Made by a program: the position numbers and the translations under genes. DNA of 64,000 nucleotides. It comes from an uncultured Clostridia bacterium. Lineage in GTDB: Bacteria; Bacillota; Clostridia; Oscillospirales; Acutalibacteraceae. Every line of letters begins with the position of its first letter. The first letter of the stretch is position 1. The DNA is taken from positions 427 to 64,426 of the forward strand of contig CANQLX010000002.1 in NCBI GenBank assembly GCA_947624835.1, written 5' to 3'. Shown piece by piece: positions 29,306 to 39,225 of the stretch. A model generated the notes under the pieces. It ran no database searches. It was not told where the DNA came from and saw only the letters and a list, made by a program, of their open reading frames with translations.

Positions 29306-29480
29306 TCTACCTATAATGTACCACTATTTTCCGTAATTGTCAATAATTAATTTTAATGAATATAAATTTATTTTCCAATTATAACTGTATTATTATGACC
29401 TGAGCGGAAGTGTTTATGTTTAGCAAAAAACTGTCGTCCGGGCTTTTTAACACTCAGTACGACAGTTTGAATATTTATTT

Positions 29481-29720
29481 TTACTCATTTTCGACGGAGC
29501 TTTCATTGCTGCTCTGTCCGGTTATATCATTATAAAAATCATTTACACCGCTTGCCTGTTCGTCAAGGGTACTTTTTAAATCATTTGCTTCACTCATCAT
29601 ACTTGTTATTCCGCCTTGAAATTCATCCTGTGCTTCCTTGTATTCGTTGCAGGCACAAAGAATTATACACATCATAATGCTGAGCAAAACTGTCAATATT
29701 ATTACTGTAAACTTTCTCAT
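29481..29720 (-). CDS. Small secreted or lipoprotein-like protein
   Basis: 79 aa. N-terminal hydrophobic signal with Cys (IILCAC), an acidic mature part, and a downstream hairpin terminator at 29425-29468. Confidence 0.4.
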   Translation of the reverse strand: MRKFTVIILTVLLSIMMCIILCACNEYKEAQDEFQGGITSMMSEANDLKSTLDEQASGVNDFYNDITGQSSNESSVENE

Positions 29721-29874
29721 TATGAACCCCCCATTTATGAATCCAAAAATTACCGTACACTAACTATAGCATATCATAAGTAAAAACACAAGGTTGAAAT
29801 ACGACATATTTATCGGTTATATTTTTGACCGAAAAAATCGGCACAGTCATATTGACCTGCCGATTTTAACATAT

Positions 29875-30633
29875 TCAGTATATTAATGTCGGATCCATAT
29901 TATTTCCGTCAAGTTTTACTTCAAGGTGAAGATGTGATTTATCTTTGGATTCGGACGGTATCTTTCCGACATAGCCTATTGTATCTCCTGCCTTGACATT
30001 ATCACCCTTGCGTGCAATGGAAGTATCCGTTACTCCGCAATAAAAGGATTCATAACCTCCGCTGTGTTCAACAGCTATAACATTACCGAGAAGTGGGTCG
30101 GTGTATAAATCCTTAACGATTCCGCCCATGATTGCACGGACGGGTGTGCCCTCACCGGCACTTATATCCACTCCGTTATGAGTACGCCAATCTCCCATGG
30201 TTTCTGATTTTATGGGATTTTTCAGGCTGAATGGCTTAAGGATTTCACCCTTGTCAATCGGCTCGGCAGTCAAAGCCTCGGATTCCTCGGCAACTGTTTG
30301 CTGTACAGAGGCTTCCTCCGTTTTATTGGAGCTTTGTTCGGAACCGGACGTTTTTGCACTGCTTTCAGTTCCTATTTCCGACGTCTCAGGCTTACTGCTT
30401 TCTTCAATCTCGGATTTTTCGTATTTCTGACCACTTACCTCTTCGTTGACCTTTTCGTTTTTTGATTCCTGAATACTGTTTTCATCTGAAGGCTGAGTAT
30501 ATTCCTGTATACTTCCGTAAGTAGTCCATGCCGCACCTGCAACAGCCGCAAGACATACTGCAAGAGAAATATAGAAACCAATATTTTTCTTCGGAGACTT
30601 TTTATAATTTCTTTCGTTCTTCATGTTTAGCAT
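29875..30633 (-). CDS. M23-family (LytM-type) peptidoglycan metalloendopeptidase
   Basis: N-terminal TM anchor, a Ser/Glu-rich linker, and a C-terminal HNGVDI ... SHLHLEV M23 signature. Confidence 0.85.
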   Translation of the reverse strand: MLNMKNERNYKKSPKKNIGFYISLAVCLAAVAGAAWTTYGSIQEYTQPSDENSIQESKNEKVNEEVSGQKYEKSEIEESSKPETSEIGTESSAKTSGSEQSSNKTEEASVQQTVAEESEALTAEPIDKGEILKPFSLKNPIKSETMGDWRTHNGVDISAGEGTPVRAIMGGIVKDLYTDPLLGNVIAVEHSGGYESFYCGVTDTSIARKGDNVKAGDTIGYVGKIPSESKDKSHLHLEVKLDGNNMDPTLIY

Positions 30634-30771
30634 TTATTGCACCCCCATATTTATTGTTGACGGAGGTAAAATAAACTATTCATTCAACTTTATTTTTAAA
30701 AAGCCAATAAAAGTAAATTTTACAGATTGTATATTATTAGGGAAATATACAATCTGTAAAACAATGGCATT

Positions 30772-32469
30772 TTAAATTATTTTTCCGTTTACCCGTACCT
30801 CACAGTCGGAACGGTTGATTGCACAGAGCAGACTTCTCGCCGATGCCTTGAATATACCGTGAGAAATGCCCACGCCGAATACCTTTTTGCCGTCAGGCTT
30901 TCTCATTTGCATATAGCATATAGCCTTTGAATCGGAGCCGCTTGAAATTGAATGTTCCTTGTATGATAACACCTCAAAGCCGTTTATGCCCACAGACTTA
31001 AGGGCATTTACAAATGCATCTATTGGGCCGTTGCCCTCGCCGTAAATTTCTATATCCTTATCAAACTTGACAAGATGTATTGTTCCTTTGAAAGTCGCCT
31101 CGTCAACTCCAACATTAGTTATAACATGATGGACAAGCCACAGCTTCTGCTTTATATCAATGTAATTTTTATTGAATATCTCAAGAAGATCCGCCGGAGA
31201 AAGTTCTTGCCCTTGACGGTCGCTTTCAGCCTTGACGAGTGCACCGAACTCGGGGTGCATTGCCTTGGGAAGTTCATAGCCGTATGCTGTTTCCATAATG
31301 AATGCGGCTCCTCCCTTTCCGGACTGAGAGTTATAGCGTACTATCGCCTCATATTTTCTTCCTACATCAGCGGGATCTATCGGAAGATAGGGAATCTCCC
31401 ACTTGTCACTGTTTGTAGCTTTTACATAATCAAAGCCTTTTTTGATAGCGTCCTGATGTGAGCCGGAGAAAGCGGTAAATACCAAATCGCCGACGTAAGG
31501 CTGTCTTTCGCCTATTTTCATGTTTGTGCAGCGTTCGTATATTTCTTTGTACTTTGGCAGATTGCTGAAATCGAGCTTGGGGTCAATTCCCTGAGTGTAC
31601 ATATTCAGTCCGACCGTTACAATGTCAAGATTGCCTGTTCTTTCTCCGTTGCCGAAGAGTGTGCCCTCTATTCTTTCGGCACCGGCAAGCAGTGCAAGCT
31701 CTGCTCCCGCAACCCCGGTACCTCTGTCGTTATGCGGGTGAACGCTGATTATAGCTGATTCTCTGTTTTTCAAATTCCTTATAAAATATTCTATCTGATC
31801 CGCATAGGTATTGGGCGTACACATTTCGACCGTATTCGGCAGATTTAGTATTATCGGGTTTTCCTTTGTAGGCTTCAAAACATCCATGACAGCCTCGCAT
31901 ATCCTGACGGAATTGTCCGCCTCCGTGCCGGAAAAGCTTTCGGGGGAATATTCCAGTCTAAAATTGGTATCTCCGTCGTATCCGTCAATCAGCTCCTTGA
32001 TAAGCTTAGCACCTTCAACGGCAATGTCGATAATGCCGTCCATATCCTTTTTGAATACGACCTTTCTCTGAAGGGTTGATGTGGAGTTATAGAAATGTAT
32101 TATTACATTTTTTGCCCCATGCACAGCCTCAAAGGTTTTGCGTATGAGGTGTTCCCTTGCCTGAACCAATACCTGTATGGATACGTCATCCGGAATGTGA
32201 CCGCCTTCGATAAGCTCACGGCAGATCTCATACTCCGTTTCACTTGCGGACGGAAAACCTATTTCTATCTCCTTGAAGCCCATGTCGACCAAAGCGTGGA
32301 AAAACTCAAGCTTCTGCTCCATATTCATAGGCGTTACAAGTGCCTGATTGCCGTCCCGCAGATCCACAGAACACCATATTGGAGCCTTTGTTATAGTATT
32401 GTCGGGCCATTTTCTGTCTTTGAGCTTTATCTGCTCAAACGGTGTATATTTTTTAAATCCTTCGTTCAT
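30772..32469 (-). CDS. leuA: 2-isopropylmalate synthase (long form)
   Basis: 565 aa. DLRDGNQ and HPHNDRGTG motifs, a C-terminal LeuA dimerisation/regulatory domain, and a Leu-type T-box leader. Confidence 0.9.
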   Translation of the reverse strand: MNEGFKKYTPFEQIKLKDRKWPDNTITKAPIWCSVDLRDGNQALVTPMNMEQKLEFFHALVDMGFKEIEIGFPSASETEYEICRELIEGGHIPDDVSIQVLVQAREHLIRKTFEAVHGAKNVIIHFYNSTSTLQRKVVFKKDMDGIIDIAVEGAKLIKELIDGYDGDTNFRLEYSPESFSGTEADNSVRICEAVMDVLKPTKENPIILNLPNTVEMCTPNTYADQIEYFIRNLKNRESAIISVHPHNDRGTGVAGAELALLAGAERIEGTLFGNGERTGNLDIVTVGLNMYTQGIDPKLDFSNLPKYKEIYERCTNMKIGERQPYVGDLVFTAFSGSHQDAIKKGFDYVKATNSDKWEIPYLPIDPADVGRKYEAIVRYNSQSGKGGAAFIMETAYGYELPKAMHPEFGALVKAESDRQGQELSPADLLEIFNKNYIDIKQKLWLVHHVITNVGVDEATFKGTIHLVKFDKDIEIYGEGNGPIDAFVNALKSVGINGFEVLSYKEHSISSGSDSKAICYMQMRKPDGKKVFGVGISHGIFKASARSLLCAINRSDCEVRVNGKII

Positions 32470-32477
32470 GAAAATTA

Positions 32478-32758
32478 CCTCCTTATAAATTTAAATCCCG
32501 CCCCCTGCCACATGGACAAGGGGCGGGCATAATGCACGCGGTACCACCCTTTTTCGGATATAATATATACATATCCCTCACCGATCTCAAGCAAGATCTC
32601 GACCTTTAACGCTGCCGTGCGTACTGCCCTACATTATCGAACAGTCAACTCGGGAATGAGCTATACATACGGACACTGACATTGTCTTACACCGACCGAC
32701 AATTCTCTTGGCACAATGTTCCGTATCTTATTTCCTTCAAAGTCTTTAATTATGAGTT
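32478..32758 (-). promoter_or_regulatory. T-box riboswitch leader (candidate Leu CUC specifier) with terminator
   Basis: On the minus strand: AGAGA GA-motif (32704-32708); candidate specifier CUC-A (32658-32660); conserved T-box AGGGTGGTACCGCG (32537-32550); and terminator CCCGCCCC...GGGGGCGGG (32497-32527) followed by ATTTAAATTT. The promoter TTGACA-18-TATAAT is at 32765-32794. Confidence 0.8.
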
Positions 32759-32853
32759 TTCTATATTATATATTGGATATACGGTTTTTGTCAAGCATTT
32801 TATAAATCACAAAACAAATTTTCGGTAAAGCGAAATATTCATAATGGTCTTTT

Positions 32854-33147
32854 CTAAAAGGCTCCCATGAAAAGGAGATAACATAAGCTTGTAATAATTC
32901 CGGATGAATTGATCACTATTTCCACAATTACAAATATTTTTAAAGCTATCATCGCATATTTTTCCCAACCCTCCGTAAATCGTCTGAAAAGATTTTTCTT
33001 AGAGAGAACTATGAGCAAAATTATATAGGCGACAAGGAAAATCGAGCATAATACAAGCATGATTTTCATAAAAACACTCAGAAGCATAACAGAAATTGCC
33101 AATGCAAAAATCAGCAGGAACAGCAGTATCATCCATAATTCCTCCAA
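32854..33147 (-). CDS. Small membrane protein (3 TM), unknown function
   Basis: 97 aa, strongly hydrophobic. No recognisable family. Confidence 0.4.
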   Translation of the reverse strand: MEELWMILLFLLIFALAISVMLLSVFMKIMLVLCSIFLVAYIILLIVLSKKNLFRRFTEGWEKYAMIALKIFVIVEIVINSSGIITSLCYLLFMGAF

Positions 33148-33180
33148 ACAGAGCCAATAATAGAAAAAAGAAATGTGAAA

Positions 33181-33402
33181 TTAATTTTTAACAGAAAAAT
33201 CCTCTTTGATCGGGTCAAGCGGCATAAAACCCCTTATTGCCTTTTTCTGCACTTCACTCAGCGCCGCAAACTCCGTATATCTTGGTTTTTCGTCATACTT
33301 AAGGGAAACATTATCCTCATTTTTGCCGATTATTCCACTTGTTGAATGTGAATATACTGTTGAAAACAAAATTTCCCCTATAAGCTTTTCTGTTTCTTTC
33401 AT
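33181..33402 (-). CDS. Hypothetical protein
   Basis: 73-aa ORF immediately upstream of, and co-directional with, the small membrane protein. No recognisable family. Confidence 0.35.
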   Translation of the reverse strand: MKETEKLIGEILFSTVYSHSTSGIIGKNEDNVSLKYDEKPRYTEFAALSEVQKKAIRGFMPLDPIKEDFSVKN

Positions 33403-33714
33403 ATTTCTGCCCCTTTCATTCTCCGTTTATTTTATCATACAATTTCCCGTTTGTCATCATTTAATGAAGAAAAAATAAAAAATGTTAAATGGATATATTG
33501 CACACGATATATAAATTGATTTAGTGTGCATATAAAAGCTTGATCTCCGATTTTGCGTACATATTGTTTAGGATAAATTTACGGCTCCAATACGCTTTGT
33601 ACAAGAGCCGCAGAATTGTGAATTTTTGCAACGACGACGGATCGTGTTAGTTTTTTACATTACAAAATTTTCCATCTGAAGAAGGGAACAGTAGATTATA
33701 CGAACCGCCTCTTT

Positions 33715-34332
33715 TTAATTTTCTCTTTTCGAGTACACACAGCCGCAAAAATTCTGTCGGTACAGGTTGTACTTTGCCGAAAGTTCTATGGAACGCTTAT
33801 AGCCCCCGCGCTTTTTAAAGTCCGAATATAAATACGGGATATTGTATTTTTCACTGACGTTTTTCCCTATATCATTCAGCACGGCGGAATCCTTTTGCGG
33901 TGATATGGAAAGAGTTGTGGTGAAATAGTCGTATCCCCGGGAAACAGCCTCTTTTGCCGTTTCTTCAAGGCGTAATCGGTAACATTTCAGACATCTTGCT
34001 CCTCGTTCCGGTTCATTTTCAAGTCCCTTTGATATTTCATAGAATCGTTCAGGTTCATATTTTCCTTCAATAAAGCTGACATCTTGACAAAATTCGCTTA
34101 TAAGACGTTTTTGTTCCTCCACTCTGTGGAGATACTCGCTTTCCGGAGAAATATTGGGATTATAGTAAAATACTGTGATTTTGAAGTATCTGTTAAGGTA
34201 TTCAAGAACATAGCTGCTGCATGGTGCACAGCAGCTGTGTAAAAGTAAAGAGGGACGTTTGCCTTCCTTGATGATTTGTTCAAGTGTTTTGTTAAGGACA
34301 AGCTGATAATTGATTTTCGGTTTTTGATGCAT
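33715..34332 (-). CDS. queH: Epoxyqueuosine reductase QueH (DUF208)
   Basis: LLHSCCAPCSSY motif plus downstream CLKC and CGC cysteines typical of QueH. Confidence 0.85.
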   Translation of the reverse strand: MHQKPKINYQLVLNKTLEQIIKEGKRPSLLLHSCCAPCSSYVLEYLNRYFKITVFYYNPNISPESEYLHRVEEQKRLISEFCQDVSFIEGKYEPERFYEISKGLENEPERGARCLKCYRLRLEETAKEAVSRGYDYFTTTLSISPQKDSAVLNDIGKNVSEKYNIPYLYSDFKKRGGYKRSIELSAKYNLYRQNFCGCVYSKREN

Positions 34333-34345
34333 ACTGTAACCTCGC

Positions 34346-34999
34346 TTATATGAATTTCAAAATATCCTCCGGTATCTCAGCTATATAATCGGCTCCCTCA
34401 TGCATAAGCTCCTCTTTTGTACGGAACCCCCAGCATACACCTATACTTCTGATGCCTGCATTTTTTGCGGTCTGTATATCGACATTGCTGTCGCCGATAT
34501 AGATGCTTTCTTCTTTAGTAACTCCAATGTTTTCCATTATGGAAAATGCTGCGGTCGGATCCGGTTTTGTATTTATTCCGTCACGCTTTCCTCGTATATC
34601 GGAAAAACAATTTTTTCCAAAAAGTGTTGTTACTATATCACAGGCGAAATTATCATTTTTGTTTGTATTGACCGCAAGTTTTATTCCAAGCTCCTTCAGC
34701 TTCCGAATAAGTTCCGACATACCGTCAAACGGACGTGTGTTGTCAAGCATATGAAGTTCATAGTATTCCCCGAAATCCTCAAGTATTTTTCTCTTTACAG
34801 CAGGATTGCTGTTTTCATTAAGTCCTGCGGCACGATCCGCAAGTACCGATATGCCATTTCCTACCATATAACGATATTTCTCGACAGGCTGAGGGGCAAA
34901 GCCATTCTTTTGTACTGCATAATTCATTGAAGCTGATATATCAGCGAGCGAATTTACAAGCGTACCGTCAAGATCAAATATACAAAGCTTTGTTTTCAT
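34346..34999 (-). CDS. HAD-superfamily hydrolase (phosphoglycolate-phosphatase-like)
   Basis: Motif I FDLDGTL and motif IV GDSNVDIQTA. The ATG at 34999 overlaps the upstream gene's stop (TGATG). Confidence 0.85.
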   Translation of the reverse strand: MKTKLCIFDLDGTLVNSLADISASMNYAVQKNGFAPQPVEKYRYMVGNGISVLADRAAGLNENSNPAVKRKILEDFGEYYELHMLDNTRPFDGMSELIRKLKELGIKLAVNTNKNDNFACDIVTTLFGKNCFSDIRGKRDGINTKPDPTAAFSIMENIGVTKEESIYIGDSNVDIQTAKNAGIRSIGVCWGFRTKEELMHEGADYIAEIPEDILKFI

Positions 35000-36867
35000 C
35001 AATCTTTATCCCTTCTCTTTTTTCGCTTTCTTTCCGAAGTTTTTATTTCGGCGTTCGGTTTCTTTGCAAGCTCGGCTGCATTTCCCTCGGGCAGCGTTGC
35101 ATGGGGTACCTCTCTGCTTTTGAGGAAAAGTACGGCGGCAATCGTCAGAAGTATTATTATGACGGAAATTGCACAGAAAACTATAATATCAGATACATTG
35201 GCAACGGAAACCTCCGAGTTTAGCACTGCCTTTGATCCGGCAAGTAAAACAGAATAAGAGCCGTTATCGTTTTTGTCGGCATATACGGTTTCATTTGAGT
35301 CCTTGTCAGAAGCTTTAATTGTTCGGATAAGTGATTTTGCAATTTCTCCGTTCCTTGAAGCAAGGGTATAATTGACGGGTGTATCAATGTTTTCTCCGAT
35401 AAGTATGGGGGACAGATCTATAGTATCCTCTATATGCTTTGCCGTTCTCAGGGTCATAAACGGAATATCGGATGAATAGGTCAACAGATTGCCTTCACCG
35501 AATATTTTCGTTATCTTGGAATTAATTTCAGCGGGGGTTCCTGTAAATTCAATAGTACACGTTGCGGTATTTTCTTTGGATGTCTGCGTTGTTGATATTC
35601 CGAGATCTTCAAAATACGTTGCCGTATAACCTGAGGCTTCAAATCCGTTTTCTTCTATGTTATAGGAGAAAGCATAGGATTTTTTAAAATTGTCATTATC
35701 AAGCGGTGTTAAGGTTATATCTATTATTTGCGGTTTATATTGCTTTCCGTCATTGATACGTACAGTAAGAGAAGGCTGCTTTGAAGATATTCCGACAATT
35801 CTGCCGGGGTCATTTTCTGCTGTGAAGTCGGAGGCATTTATCCATTCGAGGTTTGAATAAATTAGGCATGAATCCAGTTCGGAGTTATCAGCTGTTGTAT
35901 AGGTATATTCTATCGGTACATCAGTATTGTTGTCGCTGACATAGTTTGAAAAGTCGAGGGTTTCGATGAAGGAATTTTGATATGCAAGTGGTGTTGAGCC
36001 CTCGTTCCTGTCAACATATGAGGTATCACCGTACACCGAAGAAAACAGACGGTTCGTGTAGCCCTCAAGCTGTTTTAATGTGATATTTTTAAAGTCTGCC
36101 GTGTATGTATATTCACCGTTTTCAATCTGCCACGTTGTTGAGGCCGTACTGTCTGTCACGGAAGTAAAATATTTTGATATCTTATCGCCCAAAGAGTCAA
36201 ATGTATTCTGGGATATTTTGAAAGTGAATGTGCGGTCAAATGTGGATTTTTTATTAACCGTGGAAATTTTTATTGATTTTATGGGGTGTCCGCTGAGTTT
36301 ATTTACTGATACGGTGGGGGTAGTGCTTACGGTTTCTGAATTGAAGTTCACAGAGGTTGCACTTTCCTCCGAGGGAATATCGTAATCGTATATCTGTTCG
36401 GCATGGGCGGCATCTGTAAGCCAATGGAGAAGCTGCGAGCTTTGGAAGGATTCCTCAATACGCCAGCCCTGCGTCAGGGGGGTATCTGGATTTGCAAAGG
36501 TGACGGTCGGACGAGTGCCGAGTATATCGGTTAGCTTTGACATATAATCGGAGAAAGAGGAAAACGATAATGTAAAGGTATAGGAAAGACTGCCCGATGA
36601 TTTATCGAGTGAATGTGCAAGGGCTGAGGGGCAGGAGTCCTGTATGAGCTTATCAAGTTTTTCTGCCCTGTCCGATGACGGTGACACCGAGGATGTCGGA
36701 TAGGTTACGGTGAAAGTTCTTGTACCCGCAAAGTTAGGGGAAAATGTCAGGGTTGTTTTATAATTGACTTTGTCCGACTCCGACTGCGAGCAGGAAGAAA
36801 AAATTAGAAGTATCATGACAGTAAGTGAAGCTGTTATTATTTTCTTTATAATGCTTTGGTTTTTCAA
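34999..36867 (-). CDS. Large lipoprotein with C-terminal TM anchor and basic tail, unknown function
   Basis: A TTG start at 36867, 7 nt after an AAGGAG RBS, is preferred over the GTG at 36876. Lipobox LIFSSC, about 550 aa of beta-rich ectodomain, then a TM helix and the tail KRKKRRDKD. Confidence 0.6.
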   Translation of the reverse strand: MKNQSIIKKIITASLTVMILLIFSSCSQSESDKVNYKTTLTFSPNFAGTRTFTVTYPTSSVSPSSDRAEKLDKLIQDSCPSALAHSLDKSSGSLSYTFTLSFSSFSDYMSKLTDILGTRPTVTFANPDTPLTQGWRIEESFQSSQLLHWLTDAAHAEQIYDYDIPSEESATSVNFNSETVSTTPTVSVNKLSGHPIKSIKISTVNKKSTFDRTFTFKISQNTFDSLGDKISKYFTSVTDSTASTTWQIENGEYTYTADFKNITLKQLEGYTNRLFSSVYGDTSYVDRNEGSTPLAYQNSFIETLDFSNYVSDNNTDVPIEYTYTTADNSELDSCLIYSNLEWINASDFTAENDPGRIVGISSKQPSLTVRINDGKQYKPQIIDITLTPLDNDNFKKSYAFSYNIEENGFEASGYTATYFEDLGISTTQTSKENTATCTIEFTGTPAEINSKITKIFGEGNLLTYSSDIPFMTLRTAKHIEDTIDLSPILIGENIDTPVNYTLASRNGEIAKSLIRTIKASDKDSNETVYADKNDNGSYSVLLAGSKAVLNSEVSVANVSDIIVFCAISVIIILLTIAAVLFLKSREVPHATLPEGNAAELAKKPNAEIKTSERKRKKRRDKD

Positions 36868-37157
36868 TTTTGTCACTCCTTGAAGCGTTGACTTTTAACA
36901 ATATTTTACTCTCTTTATCCGTCAATGTAAAGAGTTTTTTGAATTATAAAGATATGGTTATGTATTTGTTTTTTACTAAAGAGGGGATTTTTCGGTCAAG
37001 CTATAAAAAATATACAATTACGGATTAAAAATTTATATAGCCTGATTATAATTTTATCTTGATTTTACAGGCGTTTTGGATTTATTATATATAGAGTAGG
37101 TTTTTTGTCATTTTGAAGGGAACTATAAAATATTAGGTAGGAGAAGATACGGATCTG

Positions 37158-38264
37158 ATGAAATATATACATATACCGAAGATACTTAAAATAGATTTTG
37201 ATAAGCCTGTACCGTTCAAACAGCAGGTTGCTATAATGTTTACGGTTCTTATTATCTCGTGTCTGCTGTTTACAGTTGTGTATTTCCAGCAGCTTTTTTC
37301 GGGGAATATAGCAACTGTAACCGAACCGGAGGTTTTACAGTCCGAGTCTCCGAAGGAAAAAGAGAAAAGTGTTGCCGATACATCACATGGCAATCCGACA
37401 GACAGAAATGATGAGAAAAGTTCTCCGAATGAAAACAGTAAGAATACGGATTTAAAAAATGCGAATGTCGAACTTTTGGGAAGCACAACAATTGTTTCAA
37501 AATCATATGACGATATATATAACGGTGAGCTTATACTTGTAAACAAGGATTATTCCTGTCATTCCGACGGTGAGAATGTCGAGTCTATATTTGAGAAAAA
37601 ATCCGACAGCTATGTCGTTACAGATAAGTATGTAAGCATGGATACTTCCATTGTTGAAAATGTCAATTCAATGCTGGACGATTTTTATGATATTTACGGT
37701 GAGTCGGATATAATGATTGCCTGCGGCTATCGGAGCTATGATACTCAGGTCGGGCTGTACAATAACGAAATCGGAAATGTCGGTACTGAAATGGCGGAGC
37801 AGTGGGTGGCTCCTCCTGGATACAGTGAGCATCAGACAGGATATGTTTTTGACCTTGATTTGGATGTTGTCGGCAATGACGGAATAAACTATGAGGGAGA
37901 TGGAAAATATGCATGGATAAATGAGAATTGCTCCGATTACGGTTTCATCATAAGGTATCCCGCCGGTAAAGAGGAGATAACGGGCTATTCGGAGGAGCCG
38001 TGGCATTTCAGATACGTTGGTGTTCCCCATTCCCAATATATCTCGGATAATGGTATTACACTTGAGGAATATCTGGATATTATTCATGAGCATAAATCGG
38101 ATTCCCCTGCACTTATTGAGGATGACGACGGCGGCAGATGGTGTGTATACTTTGTAGAGGCAGATGAGACGGGGGATACACATATTCCTGTCCCGGAAGA
38201 GCTTGAGTACAGCATATCAGGGGATAATTACAGCGGATTTATAGTTACTGTAAAGCTCGGGTAG
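37158..38264 (+). CDS. M15B/VanY-family D-alanyl-D-alanine carboxypeptidase
   Basis: N-terminal TM anchor. Zn-site motifs SEHQTGYVFDL and EPWHFRYVG. Confidence 0.8.
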   Translation: MKYIHIPKILKIDFDKPVPFKQQVAIMFTVLIISCLLFTVVYFQQLFSGNIATVTEPEVLQSESPKEKEKSVADTSHGNPTDRNDEKSSPNENSKNTDLKNANVELLGSTTIVSKSYDDIYNGELILVNKDYSCHSDGENVESIFEKKSDSYVVTDKYVSMDTSIVENVNSMLDDFYDIYGESDIMIACGYRSYDTQVGLYNNEIGNVGTEMAEQWVAPPGYSEHQTGYVFDLDLDVVGNDGINYEGDGKYAWINENCSDYGFIIRYPAGKEEITGYSEEPWHFRYVGVPHSQYISDNGITLEEYLDIIHEHKSDSPALIEDDDGGRWCVYFVEADETGDTHIPVPEELEYSISGDNYSGFIVTVKLG

Positions 38265-38397
38265 AATATTTCGACATAATTGCAGCAGAAAGCATGAAAA
38301 TATTTTTTTTTATTGCAAAAAAGTTGGAAACATAGTATAATACATATGTTGGGTTGTGCAATGAATTATGTTGAAGTGTTGTATGAGGTGGTGTTGA

Positions 38398-39207
38398 TTG
38401 GACGGTAATACAATAGGCTTGATTGTGGCCGGTGTGCTTTTTGCTGCACCTGTGGCGATTGTGGTGGGTGTTGTGCTTGTTATAAGAGGGAAAATAAGGA
38501 AATTTGAAAAGGAAAGTGGCCTTGACCTCAGTATGGATAACTTTATCAAGGATCTGGGAAAGGCGGATGCCTCGGATTCGAGTCCCTTATCGCTCAACGG
38601 TATGGATAAAATATATCTTCCGAAGATACATGAGGAATTTCCCGATTTTCAGATTGCTTCGGTTATGCCTCAGGTGGAAACCGTTTTGAAGGAGTATCTT
38701 AATTCCATTGAGATTAAGAGTACATCAGCTCTGAAAAAGCTTACGATTTCTCCGTCACTTGTTGACAGGGTGGAAAGCATAATTGAGGACCTCAATTCAA
38801 GAAATTTGAAGGTGAATTATGATAATGTGGTAATACACCGGACTGTTATAAGTGAATATGTTCATGAAAACGGAATGGTTATTATAAGATTTCAGTCTGC
38901 GGTTGGGTATCTGAATTTTTCGCAGGATGAAAATGGCAAACTCGTGAGCGGAAGCAAGGAAAAAACAAGAGAAACAGTATATGTTGTTTCATATGCGAGA
39001 GTTCTTGACAGCGATCTTGCAAGACAAGCCGGAGTTACTGATGTTATGGGACTTAACTGCCCTAACTGCGGAGCACCGCTGAGTTCGGCAAACGCTGAAA
39101 AATGCCTTTTCTGCGGAACACCATTCCAAAATATGACTAATGATGTTTTTGGATGGTCATTTACAGATATCAAGGAAAAGAACAGGATGACAAAAAAATT
39201 ATACTAA
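38398..39207 (+). CDS. Membrane-anchored Tim44-like/NTF2-fold protein with C-terminal zinc ribbon
   Basis: TTG start 6 nt after a GAGGTGG RBS, then an N-terminal TM helix. The central ~150 aa resemble bacterial Tim44-like domains, which is my inference. C-terminal CPNCGAPLSSANAEKCLFCG. Confidence 0.55.
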   Translation: MDGNTIGLIVAGVLFAAPVAIVVGVVLVIRGKIRKFEKESGLDLSMDNFIKDLGKADASDSSPLSLNGMDKIYLPKIHEEFPDFQIASVMPQVETVLKEYLNSIEIKSTSALKKLTISPSLVDRVESIIEDLNSRNLKVNYDNVVIHRTVISEYVHENGMVIIRFQSAVGYLNFSQDENGKLVSGSKEKTRETVYVVSYARVLDSDLARQAGVTDVMGLNCPNCGAPLSSANAEKCLFCGTPFQNMTNDVFGWSFTDIKEKNRMTKKLY

Positions 39208-39225
39208 CAAAGGAGATGCGCTAAG

